A DNA stretch of 64,000 nt, taken from positions 7,172 to 71,171 of IMG/VR virus record IMGVR_UViG_3300037076_000416; one strand, 5' to 3'. Of the stretch, positions 9,961 to 20,129 are shown one piece after another. The notes under the pieces are model-generated. The model worked only from the letters and a program-made list of their open reading frames with translations, ran no database searches and was not told the origin of the DNA. How positions within the stretch are numbered: position 1 is the first letter of the stretch; the number at the start of each line of letters is the position of its first letter. Source of the stretch: a virus. A program made the translations under genes and the position numbers.

Positions 9961-10412
9961 GTTCTGTACCGCTGCTTCGCGGCTCCGGTCGCACTGAGGT
10001 AGTAGCCGAGGACGACGTTGTCCAGGACCGGGATGAGGGACCGGCGCTTCCGAGGGAGGATCTTCGTGGCAACGGGGACGAGGATGTTTCGCGCCGAGAC
10101 CGCGGCGTCGAGCAGGCGATAGACGTCGCGGAGCTCGGGGTCGAAGAAACGAAGATCGGCGTCGACCGGGATGGCCACCAACACCGGCTCGCAGGCGGCC
10201 GCGACCGCGCGATGGATCCCCTGGAGCTTCCCCGCGCCCATCCCGAAACTGTAGGCGTTCATCATCACCGGAGCGAGCACATCCACGACCGTGATCTGGT
10301 CTGGCGCAAGATCCGCGATGCCGTCGTAGTACGGCCACTCCTCCCGGAGGAAGGCCAGCACCCGGTCCTCCGCGTGATCGATGCGGCACCCGGTCTGGAT
10401 GGAGATCAGCAT
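9648..10412 (-). CDS. DUF6308-like hypothetical protein
   Basis: AGGAGGGAG RBS; motif ATKILPRKRRSLIPVLDNVV; the tail overlapping the CruF gene may be spurious. Confidence 0.6.
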   Translation of the reverse strand: MLISIQTGCRIDHAEDRVLAFLREEWPYYDGIADLAPDQITVVDVLAPVMMNAYSFGMGAGKLQGIHRAVAAACEPVLVAIPVDADLRFFDPELRDVYRLLDAAVSARNILVPVATKILPRKRRSLIPVLDNVVLGYYLSATGAAKQRYRTQDKRYAVEIAVDVLRSFRSDLVGSSVQLEALSRLSAEAGKPVGPLRLLEMLIWSEVEPGRPRPSGSPGERTRPRPGVSMARGAITAIAAGAAPETRFASGIAA

Positions 10413-10504
10413 CGCTCCCTCCTGTGGCGAACCGGCGGTGCGCGGAAATCATCGTGACGGCAGTACCAGGACTTCGCGTCCGAGACTGACGCCGATCCGC
10501 TGGC

Positions 10505-10915
10505 CTACTCCGGAAGGATCCCGAGGTTGTCGAGCATGATGGCCTTGAGGCTGTCGAGCTCGGTGTCCAGCAGGCTACCGATCCGCCTCGCGAAGGCCTT
10601 TCGGGGAATCGGCTGGAGGAGATCCACCAAGATCACCGTGTCCGCAGTCAGTCCACCCTGGCCCGCGACCAGAGTGACCTGATATCGGGAGGCTCGATCG
10701 ACCAAGTGCGACGTAGGTGCTGCGAGTATGTAGGTGAGGGACGCGTCTGCGCATCGGCTGGGGCCATCCATGATCACTACCGGTCGCTCCGGGTGGGACG
10801 TCCGATTGCCCGAGATCGAGGTGGGCAAGAAGATGGCCTCATCGTTGACCCACCAGATGTCACCTTGGACGAAGGGTCTCCGGTCGATTCCGGCTGCCCG
10901 GAGCGCCTCGTCCAC
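10505..10915 (-). CDS. PemK/MazF-family toxin
   Basis: QGDIWWV...ERPVVIMD...ILAAPTS...ILVDLLQPIPRKAFARRIGSL; GTG just after the antitoxin stop. Confidence 0.8.
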   Translation of the reverse strand: MDEALRAAGIDRRPFVQGDIWWVNDEAIFLPTSISGNRTSHPERPVVIMDGPSRCADASLTYILAAPTSHLVDRASRYQVTLVAGQGGLTADTVILVDLLQPIPRKAFARRIGSLLDTELDSLKAIMLDNLGILPE

Positions 10916-10920
10916 CGATC

Positions 10921-11586
10921 CTAGTCCGCCGTTCCCAGTACCTCGCGATTCGCGTGGGCGCGCAACCCAGCGAGATCTGCCATGACCTCCGTCTCGAGAG
11001 CTGCCCGCTCGGCGGGGGTCCCTCGATTCGGCTGCCGAACGGCGTCCGCGATGGCCTTGAACCGTTCGAGGCCCGTGCGGGGCGTTCCGAGTGCACGTCC
11101 GAACGGGATGCTCGTACCGAGCATGAGCTCGTTGTCCTTCTCCCAAGTCGCGATCAGCCGCATCGGAGGGGTGGCATAGGCGACTGCCAACAGGCGGGTC
11201 ATCGAGGCCTTGCCGTAGGTATCGAGCACCGATGCCACGATCGCGATTTCATGGTCGCGGAGTCGGGGCGCGAACCGCTTGGTGCTTCCCGGCCGGTAGT
11301 CCACGCGCTGGTGACCGGCGCCGTCGACGTACTCGCGGATGGTGATCTCGAAGCCGTCCAGCTCTCCACCGATCTCCTTGAGTCCTCGGATCATCGGGCC
11401 GTGGTCCCAACGAACCCAGGTAGCGCCGGTCAAGGTCGTTCCATGGCGCCCGAAATGCTCGAGGTCGATCAGGTAGATCAGCTTGGTGAGCTTGACGCGC
11501 CCCACCGTGCCGACCGCGCTCACGACATAGGCGATCACTTCCTGCAGTTTGGTGGGAGAGAAGTCTTCGCCTTGGTCCAGCGACAC
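10921..11586 (-). CDS. Panacea/DUF4065 (SocA/GepA-like) antitoxin
   Basis: KLQEVIAYVV...VKLTKLIYLIDLEHFGRHGTTLTGATWVRWDHGP; AAGGAGG 8 nt before the GTG at 11586. Confidence 0.8.
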   Translation of the reverse strand: MSLDQGEDFSPTKLQEVIAYVVSAVGTVGRVKLTKLIYLIDLEHFGRHGTTLTGATWVRWDHGPMIRGLKEIGGELDGFEITIREYVDGAGHQRVDYRPGSTKRFAPRLRDHEIAIVASVLDTYGKASMTRLLAVAYATPPMRLIATWEKDNELMLGTSIPFGRALGTPRTGLERFKAIADAVRQPNRGTPAERAALETEVMADLAGLRAHANREVLGTAD

Positions 11587-11899
11587 CTCAGCCGCCTCCT
11601 TCGCGGTACGAGCATGTCCGAACGGCTCTCGGAATGCAAATGGCGAGTGGTCCTGGTCTCCGGACAGCTCCATCAGGCCGCCATGCAACTGGGGCACGGC
11701 AGGTCGTCCGCCACGCTGTTGTCCGCGACGACCTCCGACCAGAAGTGGAACAGCGTCCCGTTGCGGATCGCTTCGACCGCGCATTCCGGCGTCGCCTGGT
11801 AGACATCGTGGACGACCTGGGTATTGCGGTCCTTCACTAAGCGACCGAGAAGCTCCCGGGTGACGTGCGCGCGGGCCGTCGCCGACCAGTCGGGAAGCG

Positions 11900-12341
11900 C
11901 CGGCCATCGGCGCAATGCAGCAAATACGGCTCGATGTGAATGAAGGTCATGGCCGGCTCGCCCTTGGCGACTGCCTTGACCGCATCCAGGGTTGGCCCGC
12001 AGTCACGGCTCGTGCAGAGAGGCTGGGGTGGCGAAGACGAGTACGAATGGCTTGTGCTCGGCGAGTGCCTGATCCTCGGATAGCTGGTAGAAGCGCGGGT
12101 CGGGACTCGTGTCGCTGGTGATGCTGGCCAGCACCCCGCCGGCACGCGCGCTCGTCGGGGTGGGCACCGCGGGCGCCTTGGCCCCGACCCGGACCGCCAC
12201 CGTGGTCGTGACCGTTAGGCCGAGCTCACTCGACTCGCCCAGCTGGCCCGGTGGGGTGACGGTCACGACCGCCGCCCAGTTGCCCGCCGCGTTAACGTGG
12301 TGTCGTAGAACCAGATCGCCCGCTGGTTCGGGATCGCCCAC
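11900..12341 (-). pseudogene. Fragment of a thioredoxin-like exported protein
   Basis: PDPRFYQLSEDQALAEHKPFVLVFATPA, frameshift near 12020, then CTSRDCGPTLDAVKAVAKGEPAMTFIHIEPY; 5' part missing. Confidence 0.6.
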
Positions 12342-12366
12342 GCGAAAGTGGCCGGAGCAGGAGCGA

Positions 12367-13218
12367 TCACGAACGTATTCTTGTCCTTGTCAATATTGAT
12401 GAAGCCGACTTCGACCCTGTAGTCCGGGGGTGCCGACAGGCGTCGTGCCGGGCGTCCGGTGTGCCCGTCGCAGCCTTGTCCAACGGCAATGGCAGCGTCG
12501 TTGCCGCGATGCGCCGCTCGGCCGCCTCAAAGTAGGTCGGGTCGAGTTCGATGCCGATGAACCTGCGATCCAGCCCGAGCGCTGCCACTCCGGTCGAACC
12601 GACCCCCATGAACGGGTCCAGCACCAGGTCCCCCGGGTTGGAACCGAGCTCGATGAGCCAGCGAAGTACGCGGACCGGCTTCTGGGTCGGATGCTTCGGA
12701 TTCTTGAGGCGTTCGTTACCGCCGCAGGCCGGCGACTCGATGAAGTTGTGCATATCGCGCTGGCGCGTGAAGTTCCAGACGTGACCCTTGTTCCAGGCGG
12801 CGACGATCAGCTCGCAGCTGTTGAGGAACCCGGCTCGGCGCAGTTTCGGGGCCGGGTTCGTCTTGTGCCAGACGATGAACTGGAACGTGTCGAAGGCGGG
12901 ATCGAAGACCTCATGCCAATGGCCGAGGAGGTTGTAGCTGGTGAACGCGAAGATCGTTCCGGTCGGCTTCAGAACCCGCTGGAAGGGGACGAGCCACTCC
13001 CCGGGATCGAACGGATCCTGATCCCACGCGGCAATGTCGTTGTTGAAGTCAGACCTCCAGGACATTTTGATGTTGCCCGTCGTGTACATCCCGAGGTTGT
13101 ACGGCGGGTCGGTGCAGATCAGGTCGATCGAATGGTCCGGAATCCGATCGAGGAGCTCGCCGCTGTCACCATTCCACATCGTGCAGTCGGGTAGGGGTAA
13201 TGGGCAGGCAGGACTCAA
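12367..13218 (-). CDS. Orphan N4-C/N6-A DNA methyltransferase (beta class)
   Basis: IDLICTDPPYN, HPTQKP, VLDPFMGVGSTG, FIGIELD. Confidence 0.92.
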   Translation of the reverse strand: MSPACPLPLPDCTMWNGDSGELLDRIPDHSIDLICTDPPYNLGMYTTGNIKMSWRSDFNNDIAAWDQDPFDPGEWLVPFQRVLKPTGTIFAFTSYNLLGHWHEVFDPAFDTFQFIVWHKTNPAPKLRRAGFLNSCELIVAAWNKGHVWNFTRQRDMHNFIESPACGGNERLKNPKHPTQKPVRVLRWLIELGSNPGDLVLDPFMGVGSTGVAALGLDRRFIGIELDPTYFEAAERRIAATTLPLPLDKAATGTPDARHDACRHPRTTGSKSASSILTRTRIRS

Positions 13219-13398
13219 TCCTGGCGCTCCTCTCCTGGCATTTCGGCAGTTCTGCCGGGAATGTTGGGCCTCGTTCGCCCGTGGCGTGGTAGGGATGGCG
13301 GCGGGACCACTTCGATTGCTCCAGCATCGCGATTGGGCTGTGCGCGACCTTCGAGACGAGCCCGGTTCGCTCGCGCTGATCGCATCACGGTCCGCCGC

Positions 13399-13911
13399 TC
13401 AGTCCCTGCTCACCTGCCCGACGTTGACCTGCCGTTCGGCAATGTTCAGCTGGACGACCGGGAGCGCCAGCCGACGCACAACCGCGAGGGCCTTGATCGA
13501 GGCCAGGTGCCGCCGCTGGGCTCGGTCGAGGCGCCGATCGTAGTAGTCGGCCTGTTTGAGCGATCGGTCTCCGACGTTGAGCGCGAGCCGCTCTGCCTCG
13601 ACGACCCCGAGCCAAGTCATCACGATGCGTTCGACCAGAAGCCGCTCCAGGGGCGATCCGGCAGGCCCATTGAGGTCGTATCGGAGTGCCTCTGCCCGGC
13701 GCCGCAGTGCGGCCGCCTTGACCGCGTCGTCGCCCGCGATCGAGCTGATCAGGTGCTCCTCTGCACCACTGAGGCGAACGACGACATCCCAGCTCGTAGG
13801 ATGGGAGTCGAAGCTCGCCTTCACAAGGGCCAGGGCAGCTGGATCGCCAGCTTGAGCGCGGGGGAGGACATCCCCGGTCACGGGCTCGTCGCGGTCGCCA
13901 ACGTCAGACAT
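13399..13911 (-). CDS. Conserved-looking hypothetical protein
   Basis: GSPLERLLVERIVMTWL...LDRAQRRHLASIKALAVVRRL..QLNIAERQVNV; ATG at 13911 overlaps the upstream ORF end. Confidence 0.7.
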   Translation of the reverse strand: MSDVGDRDEPVTGDVLPRAQAGDPAALALVKASFDSHPTSWDVVVRLSGAEEHLISSIAGDDAVKAAALRRRAEALRYDLNGPAGSPLERLLVERIVMTWLGVVEAERLALNVGDRSLKQADYYDRRLDRAQRRHLASIKALAVVRRLALPVVQLNIAERQVNVGQVSRD

Positions 13912-14215
13912 CCCGTCGCCGCCGCCAGGCGCCTCGGTCGTGCCGGTGGTAGCCAGCTCCGGCGAGCGCCGCCTCGACGACCTTGTCGACTGTGAAACAC
14001 AGGTCAGAGATCTCGGCCTCATTCGAGTTGAGCTGATTGCCCTCGGTCCGCTGTGCTGCCTGTTCGCCATCTCGGCGGGAGCGCCGGTGCGCGTCCTCCG
14101 CCGCCGCGGTCTCGCCCTTCGGACCGGCCCCGACATATTCGCGGACAACCCGTCCAGCCCGCCGGACGCTGCGGGTGAAGTATTGCCCCCGCCCACGGCG
14201 GGACTCCCAGCCCAT
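13904..14215 (-). CDS. Small basic hypothetical protein coupled to the downstream gene
   Basis: MGWESRRGRGQYFTRSVRRAGRVVREYVG...AGYHRHDRGAWRRRR. Confidence 0.7.
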   Translation of the reverse strand: MGWESRRGRGQYFTRSVRRAGRVVREYVGAGPKGETAAAEDAHRRSRRDGEQAAQRTEGNQLNSNEAEISDLCFTVDKVVEAALAGAGYHRHDRGAWRRRRDV

Positions 14216-14224
14216 TGTGTTACG

Positions 14225-14748
14225 TCACCGAGCCTTGCGCCGCTCTGCACCCTGGCCGATCTGACCAGGGACCTCCGGCGCCTGGGAGGCGGTGGGTAGC
14301 GGACCCTCGGCCGCGGCAGGACTTGAGTCCACGATGAGATCCACGTCGGAGTCGGGCGGTGGGATGGCCCTGTCAGCCTTCGCCGCGGCCGCGATGAGTT
14401 GGCGACCGAGCGCGTCGGCGTCCCGACGCGTCCAAGGTCGAATTCGAACCCGTAGCCGTCGACCAGTTTGTTCTTGTTGGACGCCGAGATCGTGACCTTC
14501 CAGAGATCGACGACCGAGACGTCCACGGCCAGATGATCAACGTCGACTTCAACGATCCGATCGCCACCGGGACGGGTGTCAGGTGAAAAATTGGGGTAGA
14601 GCCTTGCCCCGCTTGTGGGGTACCGGAGCATTGAGTCGAACTTAACTGTCATGACGAATTTGCCTCCATCAATCCTGGTCGTGGCTTGGGCCGCCAGCCA
14701 TGTACGAGGTCCTGGCGTTCGAACGAGATTGCCTGCTCGTCTGGTCAT
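14225..14748 (-). pseudogene. Hypothetical protein, probable frameshift near 14435
   Basis: Protein-like to GYGFEFDL, then continues as TRRDADALGRQLIAAAAKAD in another frame. Confidence 0.45.
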
Positions 14749-15134
14749 CGCTCCCCCGGCGACAGCTGGTCGATGTCCATCGCCAGTCGCCAGATGTCCT
14801 TCCTCGTCAATCGGCCTCGGCGGCGCATCCGCCTTGATCTCGGGGTGCCGTCGGCCAAGTCGGCGGCGGTCTCAAGGAGGTCGGCCAGCAGACGAGCTCT
14901 GACCGGCGCTAGTCGAAGGTCGATCTTCCGGTAGTCCGCCCCGGGGGAGGTCGAGCCGGTTAGGGCGATCGGCAACCAGTCAGTTTCCGACGTGGCGACC
15001 AGGACGCCCGCCATCCCCGATGGTCTGATGCCGATCCGGAGATCGACGCCGGGGACGAGGCGGCGACCGTCCAGTGGGTCCGGCCCGGCGATAGGGTCGG
15101 CGACCGGGACGGCCGCCGTTGACTCGGTGTCCAT
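14745..15134 (-). CDS. Hypothetical protein
   Basis: AAGGAGGAG RBS before MDTEST; stop overlaps the next start. Confidence 0.6.
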   Translation of the reverse strand: MDTESTAAVPVADPIAGPDPLDGRRLVPGVDLRIGIRPSGMAGVLVATSETDWLPIALTGSTSPGADYRKIDLRLAPVRARLLADLLETAADLADGTPRSRRMRRRGRLTRKDIWRLAMDIDQLSPGER

Positions 15135-15275
15135 GTTCTCCTCCTTGTTATGTCTCGGCGTGTTCATTGACTTGGCCAACCTCGCCGGGGTCGATGCGCG
15201 GCTCATCGTTGATCAGTCGCCGGCCCGTCGGTGTGAACCTCGGTCGGGGTGGCAGGAACCGGTAGATGTCGAGCG

Positions 15276-15617
15276 TCACGGTCGCGTCCTTCTCCTTTTC
15301 GTCTGCGGTGGCCGCCGTGTCCGCCACGGTCGCGGCATCCAGGTCGTGGCTCCCGGACCGGCGTCACCGATCCGGATGCAGTCGACGCCCCAGCGTTCGC
15401 GCAACCAGCGCCCGAACGCTCCAACGTCAGTCGGGTCCGGACCGAGCAACGCTCGGACACCTTCACCGGGGTGCTGCTCGAGCCACTCGGCTTCCGTCGG
15501 AGTAAGCGCGTCCGGCGGGGCCCAGCTAAGCCGGCCTCCGTCGAGCCGCACATCCGCCCCTCGCTCCGTGAGGTGCCACAGCAGCTCTGCCGCCGTGCCG
15601 GTCGAGCCCCGGCCCAT
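15276..15617 (-). CDS. Small protein with TubC N-terminal-like segment
   Basis: TAAELLWHLTERGADVRLDGGRL....PDALT; TGATG coupling to the DUF3631 gene. Confidence 0.5.
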   Translation of the reverse strand: MGRGSTGTAAELLWHLTERGADVRLDGGRLSWAPPDALTPTEAEWLEQHPGEGVRALLGPDPTDVGAFGRWLRERWGVDCIRIGDAGPGATTWMPRPWRTRRPPQTKRRRTRP

Positions 15618-17122
15618 CAGGCTCCCCCGACCAGGAGAAGCGTTCCGTCCGCCCGGTGCGAGATGACGAAGCCAGCGGCGCGAGCCGCGATCAGAGCGGC
15701 TCGGATCTCGTCGGGTCCCGCCCCGATCACCCGGGCGCACTCGGACAGAGTCAGCGGCCCGGCCCGCAGTGCATCAGGCAGTGCCTGAGCCAGATGTGCG
15801 ACTCGCGGGTCTGAGATCGGTACCGGGCTCGGGCGAGAGCCAGCGAGCGCGATCCCCGAGACGGCTGGCAGGTCCTCGTCGCCCAACCCGGCCGAGTAGC
15901 CCTCCTCACCGCCGACACCCGGGCCATCGAGAGTCCCATCAACAACGCTCTCGGGCTCGTCCCCGCGGCTGGGGTCCACGGCCGCTACCGTGCTACCTGC
16001 CGCACGATCGCCGTAGCGGGGTAGCGGGTCCTGGGCAGGGGTGGCAGGCTCCCGGACGTAGCGATCCCAGGCGTCGACGAAGGACTCGCGCAGGTAGCCA
16101 CGGAGATTGATGCCATCGACCTTCATCTGAACCGAGCGGATCCCGAACGGTCGGAGGTAACGCGCGAGCCGTTCGGGGGTCAGGGGATGGTGGTCATCGA
16201 CCCAGGGCGATTCCTCGTCGGCGCGGAGGGCGACGATTAGAAGCGCCGTCCCGAGCCGGTCGACCTCCATCCGCTCGAAGACCACCTTCGTGTCGGCCAG
16301 CACCCGCAGCCCGAGCGAGTCGTCCTCGGCGCGATCGGCATGGAGGATCAGCGCGGCCCGCCGCGCTCGAGCGGGCCACTGCCCGGCGGCCACGTCGGCG
16401 ATCGCGATCAGCGGCTCCCAGGCATCAGCTGCCCGGTCCGGCAATTCATCCGGGACATTTGCCTCACGTGCCGGTGGCATGCTCGTGATCGCCGCGGCGA
16501 GGGCCAGGGCGATCGGCTCGGCCTCCCGGCTGGCCCGCGCATGGCGGAACTTCTCGACGACCTCGCTGGGCTTGCGCTTGGTCATCCGGATGGGGATGCT
16601 CCGGTCAGCGACCGTATCGGGCAGCTTGCCGATCGCAGCCAACACCTTCGGCCCGAAGACTGGGAAGAATTGCACCGTATGCTTGGTCCCCTTCGAGACG
16701 GTCCGGGGCACGGTCGCCCCACGTCGATGACCGGCGTTGATCAGGACACGGACCGCCTCATACTTGTCCGAGCGGTCGCCGAAGACCGCATCGAGCTCGT
16801 CGAGGAGCAGCGGCGTTTCCGGGTCGGCCTCGAGCATCCGGAATATCGTCGCCGCAGTCGGAATGATGAAGATGTTCGGACGGCCGTGGGCAAGGAGGCC
16901 GAGGCATTCAAGCAGCCGGGTCTTGCCGGCACCCTTCTCAGGGGACGTTGCCGCGAGGTACGGGGTCGCGTCCGCCGATGCGACTGCGTAGGTGTGGGCG
17001 ATCCAGAGGACGATGGCGACCACGGACTCCTCGCGCCCGAACACGACGAACCGGCGCAGGAATACCTCGACGGCCGCCAAGGCATCGCCGAGGGCGGTCG
17101 ATCCGGGGTCAACTTCGCTCAC
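15617..17122 (-). CDS. DUF3631-domain replication-associated NTPase
   Basis: TPYLAATSPEKGAGKTRLL, LLLDELD, LINAGHRRG, LPDTVADRSIPIRM, DRAADAWEPLIAIAD, FVDAWDRY. Confidence 0.85.
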   Translation of the reverse strand: MSEVDPGSTALGDALAAVEVFLRRFVVFGREESVVAIVLWIAHTYAVASADATPYLAATSPEKGAGKTRLLECLGLLAHGRPNIFIIPTAATIFRMLEADPETPLLLDELDAVFGDRSDKYEAVRVLINAGHRRGATVPRTVSKGTKHTVQFFPVFGPKVLAAIGKLPDTVADRSIPIRMTKRKPSEVVEKFRHARASREAEPIALALAAAITSMPPAREANVPDELPDRAADAWEPLIAIADVAAGQWPARARRAALILHADRAEDDSLGLRVLADTKVVFERMEVDRLGTALLIVALRADEESPWVDDHHPLTPERLARYLRPFGIRSVQMKVDGINLRGYLRESFVDAWDRYVREPATPAQDPLPRYGDRAAGSTVAAVDPSRGDEPESVVDGTLDGPGVGGEEGYSAGLGDEDLPAVSGIALAGSRPSPVPISDPRVAHLAQALPDALRAGPLTLSECARVIGAGPDEIRAALIAARAAGFVISHRADGTLLLVGGA

Positions 17123-18095
17123 GGCACCGACCGTCCGGCCAACTGCGCAACGTCGTACGGGTCGACGCCGCGGCCACCAGCCTCGAAGAGGCAGCCCGGG
17201 CTGTGGCACCAGGCTCGAAGGTCGTCGCGGGCGATCGAGAGCGATGCGGTCCGGTCGGGATGAGCCGGGCAGCGAACGGTCCGGCCGGGCGCGGCTCGCT
17301 CGACTCCCCAGAAGTGGACCAGGACAGCCGAGATCCCGCGCGTGTGATTGAAGTGAGCAATCGCTGAGCTACCGACGATCTTCGGGCCAGGTCGGGTCCG
17401 GGCGCTCTGGGTGGCTGGCAGCGGAATCCGCTGGGCGAGCGCTTCGACCCGGGCCACTGGGGTGGGCTGGATCGCAGCGAGCATCGCCCCGAGTGTCCGG
17501 CCGAGTGGAGTGCCGGACGCCGGATCGATGATCGGGTAGCGCGCGCCAGTGGCCGGGTGCGCCATCGTCGGCAACCTGAGCGCCGATCCAAGACTGCCGG
17601 GGTGCGACAGAAGCCCATGGCCGGCCGGAGCTCGACCTGGTCCGGCAGGTGATCGGCGCCGACGGCCCCGAGTCCTGCCTCGACCAGAATCGCGCGCAGG
17701 GCATTGCGCAGGATGATCCCAGGAAGCGACCCCTCAACCGGGAACCAGAGGTGTGCACGCCCCCCTCGACTCGGCTCGGCGTACGCAGGCACCTCGGCCT
17801 TCCAGGCGGCGGTCCCAACGCGACGGGCCAGCTCCAGGCCGTCAGGTCGGTCAAAGTCGACCGCGCCGACATGACCCTGAGAGTCCGCGTCCAGGAAGTA
17901 GGCGCCGATCGGCCGACCTTCGGATACGGCCCTGACGATCACCGCGGGCGTGAGCTTTTCGTGGACGGTGCGGTAGCGACCGCAGCGCGACGTGTTGTAG
18001 ACATCCTGGCGGCCGGCGAAAAGCTCAATCAGGTTCGCGGCCACGCTGACGGGAATTGCAGTGGCCGCGGTGCGGTCCTTAGCCGAGGTGGTCAT
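17119..18095 (-). pseudogene. AEP-type (TOTE-like) primase-polymerase with C-terminal CHC2-like zinc finger, frameshifted near 17620
   Basis: GAVDFD, EPSRGGRAHLWF, VELRP; after the shift GSLGSALRLP...CPAHPDRTASLSI...WCHSPGC. Confidence 0.7.
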
Positions 18096-18391
18096 GGCCG
18101 CCGGGTCTTCTTCGTGCGCGCCGCCGCAGACTTGTAGGCGAGTTGCGCGTAGTGAAGGCGCCGGAGGGCATCCGCCCGGCGTTCGATCTCCGCTGTGTCA
18201 GTGAGTTCGGGGAACTGGTGGCGAACCCGCTCCTCGAAGCTCGCGTGGAACGCGTCGCGCGCTCCTGCGGTGGCCTGACGCCCGTCGTGCGTGGCCGCAA
18301 ATGACAACCCGCCAAGGCGCGCGATGCGACGGTTGTGGAGGACCCGTGCCTCCGGGACGTCGGCGCTCCTGTCTCCCACGTGCTCCCTCAT
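18092..18391 (-). CDS. Small hypothetical protein of the kind found in integrative elements
   Basis: ARDAFHASFEERV...IERRADALRRLHYAQLAYKSAAAR; stop overlaps the primase start. Confidence 0.7.
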   Translation of the reverse strand: MREHVGDRSADVPEARVLHNRRIARLGGLSFAATHDGRQATAGARDAFHASFEERVRHQFPELTDTAEIERRADALRRLHYAQLAYKSAAARTKKTRRP

Positions 18392-18584
18392 CCCGACCGC
18401 CGTCCGCCGCGGCCCGGGAGAGCACCATCTGCATCTGGTGGAAGAATCGCGAAACCGGCTCGTAGCGCGCGCTTAGGCTGCGGCTACTGGCCGGTCTTCT
18501 GGCCGCGCCACCTGGCGCGAATCTCGGCTCCTTCGCACCCAGTCGAGCGACTGGGCTTCGGCCGACTGGCCGAACTGGGTCAGA

Positions 18585-18980
18585 TTATGGGTCCTGCGCT
18601 TGCACTTGTCCAATGCCACCGGCGAGGGCCCTGGCCACCTGGCGGAGGACCTTCAAGTCGAGTCGGTTCAAGTGGCCACACGGGCAGCGGACATCAAGCC
18701 GGTCAAGGGGAAAGTAGTCGAGCTGGAGGTCACCACTCGAGGAACCTCGATCCAGCGGGAGCGAGTACCGAAAGTGTGACTCCACGTGGCCGAAGCGCGG
18801 ACCGCGCAACGCCGCAACCCGGAGCACGACGCCGCGACGCGGGACGTCGGCTTCGAAAATGAGGCTCGCGACCCGTCGCCGGCAGCCGCGCCCACCACAC
18901 ACTAACGGTCGGACCTCACGGTCCGGCAGATCGATCCTGGGCATACCGAGGTCGCCCTCTCGGTGCCGTTTGGCTGTCAT
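18585..18980 (-). CDS. Hypothetical zinc-binding protein
   Basis: CGGRGC and CPCGH; directly downstream of the integrase. Confidence 0.45.
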   Translation of the reverse strand: MTAKRHREGDLGMPRIDLPDREVRPLVCGGRGCRRRVASLIFEADVPRRGVVLRVAALRGPRFGHVESHFRYSLPLDRGSSSGDLQLDYFPLDRLDVRCPCGHLNRLDLKVLRQVARALAGGIGQVQAQDP

Positions 18981-19013
18981 CGGCTACTCAACCGTGCTCA
19001 TGAAACGATGCCT

Positions 19014-19970
19014 CTACCGCGCAGGCCGGCCGCGGTCGCGGAGACGATCGATCGGGCTGCGGTAATTCGCCCGGGCACGCTCGGCAGCCGCGGACTGGCC
19101 GTACCTGCGAAGCATACCGCGGTCGCGCCAGCCGGCCAATTCCATCAAGTCGCCTTCCTGGCCGCCGTCGGCGAGCCACTGGTGCGCGAACGAGTGCCGG
19201 AACAGGTGCGGATGGAGGTGCTCGATCCCAGCCTGGCGGCCCCGCCGTTCGATGACCTGGAGCAGGCCGCTGCCGGTCATCGGCCCACGCTTGCCGATCC
19301 ACAGGGCCGTCTCGCCGGTCGTCGCGTGCGTCCGCCGGACCCGGAGGTAGCGATCGAGCGCCCGCGCCGTCCCGGCGCCGAAGCGGGTCGTTCGCTGGCG
19401 ACGGCTCTTGCTCGTCGCGCCCTGGATCACGACGGCATTGCGGTCGAGATCGAGGTCCTCGACCCGGAGGCCGGCGCACTCACCCCGACGCATCCCGGTG
19501 TCGGCGAGCAGGCTGACCAGGGCATAGTCCCGGCGTTCCTCGAAGTCGTTGCCGCGGCAGGCGGCGAGGAGACGGGCGAGCTCGTCGTCGGTGACGACCG
19601 GCGGTGGATCTTCGGGCACGAGCGGCGGCTTCATCCTGGTCATCGGTGATTCGCGCAGCTCATCTTCTTCGACGCACCAGCGCCAGAAGGGCTGGAGGCT
19701 GCGGTAGGCGAGGTTCACCGTGGCCGGCTTCCGACCGAGCGCCTGGAGAGCGACGATGTACGCCTCGACGTGCTCGCGCCGGATGGCTTGCACCGCCCGG
19801 GGCATGCCCTGATCGGCCAGGAACGCCTCGAACCGGGCCAGGGCGGGCAGGTAGGTGTGGTCAACCGTGCCGGTCGTCTTGCCTTCGGCGCGCAGATGCC
19901 GGGCGTACGAGGGAAGCAGCTCGGCCACGGTCAGGCGCGACCCGTCGACGGCGGCCTCGTGGTCGGTCAT
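19014..19970 (-). CDS. Tyrosine recombinase/integrase
   Basis: DTGMRRGE, K in SKSRR, HPHLFRHSFAH, LAGW, RRYG catalytic set. Confidence 0.93.
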   Translation of the reverse strand: MTDHEAAVDGSRLTVAELLPSYARHLRAEGKTTGTVDHTYLPALARFEAFLADQGMPRAVQAIRREHVEAYIVALQALGRKPATVNLAYRSLQPFWRWCVEEDELRESPMTRMKPPLVPEDPPPVVTDDELARLLAACRGNDFEERRDYALVSLLADTGMRRGECAGLRVEDLDLDRNAVVIQGATSKSRRQRTTRFGAGTARALDRYLRVRRTHATTGETALWIGKRGPMTGSGLLQVIERRGRQAGIEHLHPHLFRHSFAHQWLADGGQEGDLMELAGWRDRGMLRRYGQSAAAERARANYRSPIDRLRDRGRPAR

Positions 19971-20106
19971 CGCCGACGCGGAGGTTGACGGGTAAGATGG
20001 CGGCTGCTGACGGGCCACGGCTTGGCGAATTCCTCGTTGATCCGGATCACGTGTTATACGCTGAACCAGCATAGGGCCCAGCGGCAAGATCGTCCAGCGG
20101 ATGGAG

Positions 20107-20129
20107 TTTGCGCTCAATCTGAGCGTGAA
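20107..20129. other. Imperfect inverted repeat, candidate recombinase core site or operator
   Basis: TTTGCGCTCA-ATC-TGAGCGTGAA between the tyrosine integrase start and the tRNA. Confidence 0.35.

Larger units (their letters stand above)
13399..20129 (-). mobile_element. Satellite-like integrative element with tyrosine integrase, decaying; left boundary not determined
   Basis: Co-oriented integrase, small ORFs, primase, DUF3631 and hypotheticals; no virion genes; two frameshifted genes; abuts the tRNA 5' flank. Confidence 0.65.

Noticed and set aside
11673-11915. 80-aa ORF upstream of the Panacea gene
   Set aside because: Plausible composition but no RBS or motif, and it overlaps the end of the pseudogene fragment
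13399-14748. Single 449-aa ORF in the track
   Set aside because: Better explained as a frameshifted gene reading through a separate 103-aa gene into the 13911 gene
18480-18585. CTGGCC/ACTGG repeats and a CCCAGTCG-CGACTGGG hairpin as an origin
   Set aside because: Too short and GC-rich to separate from chance
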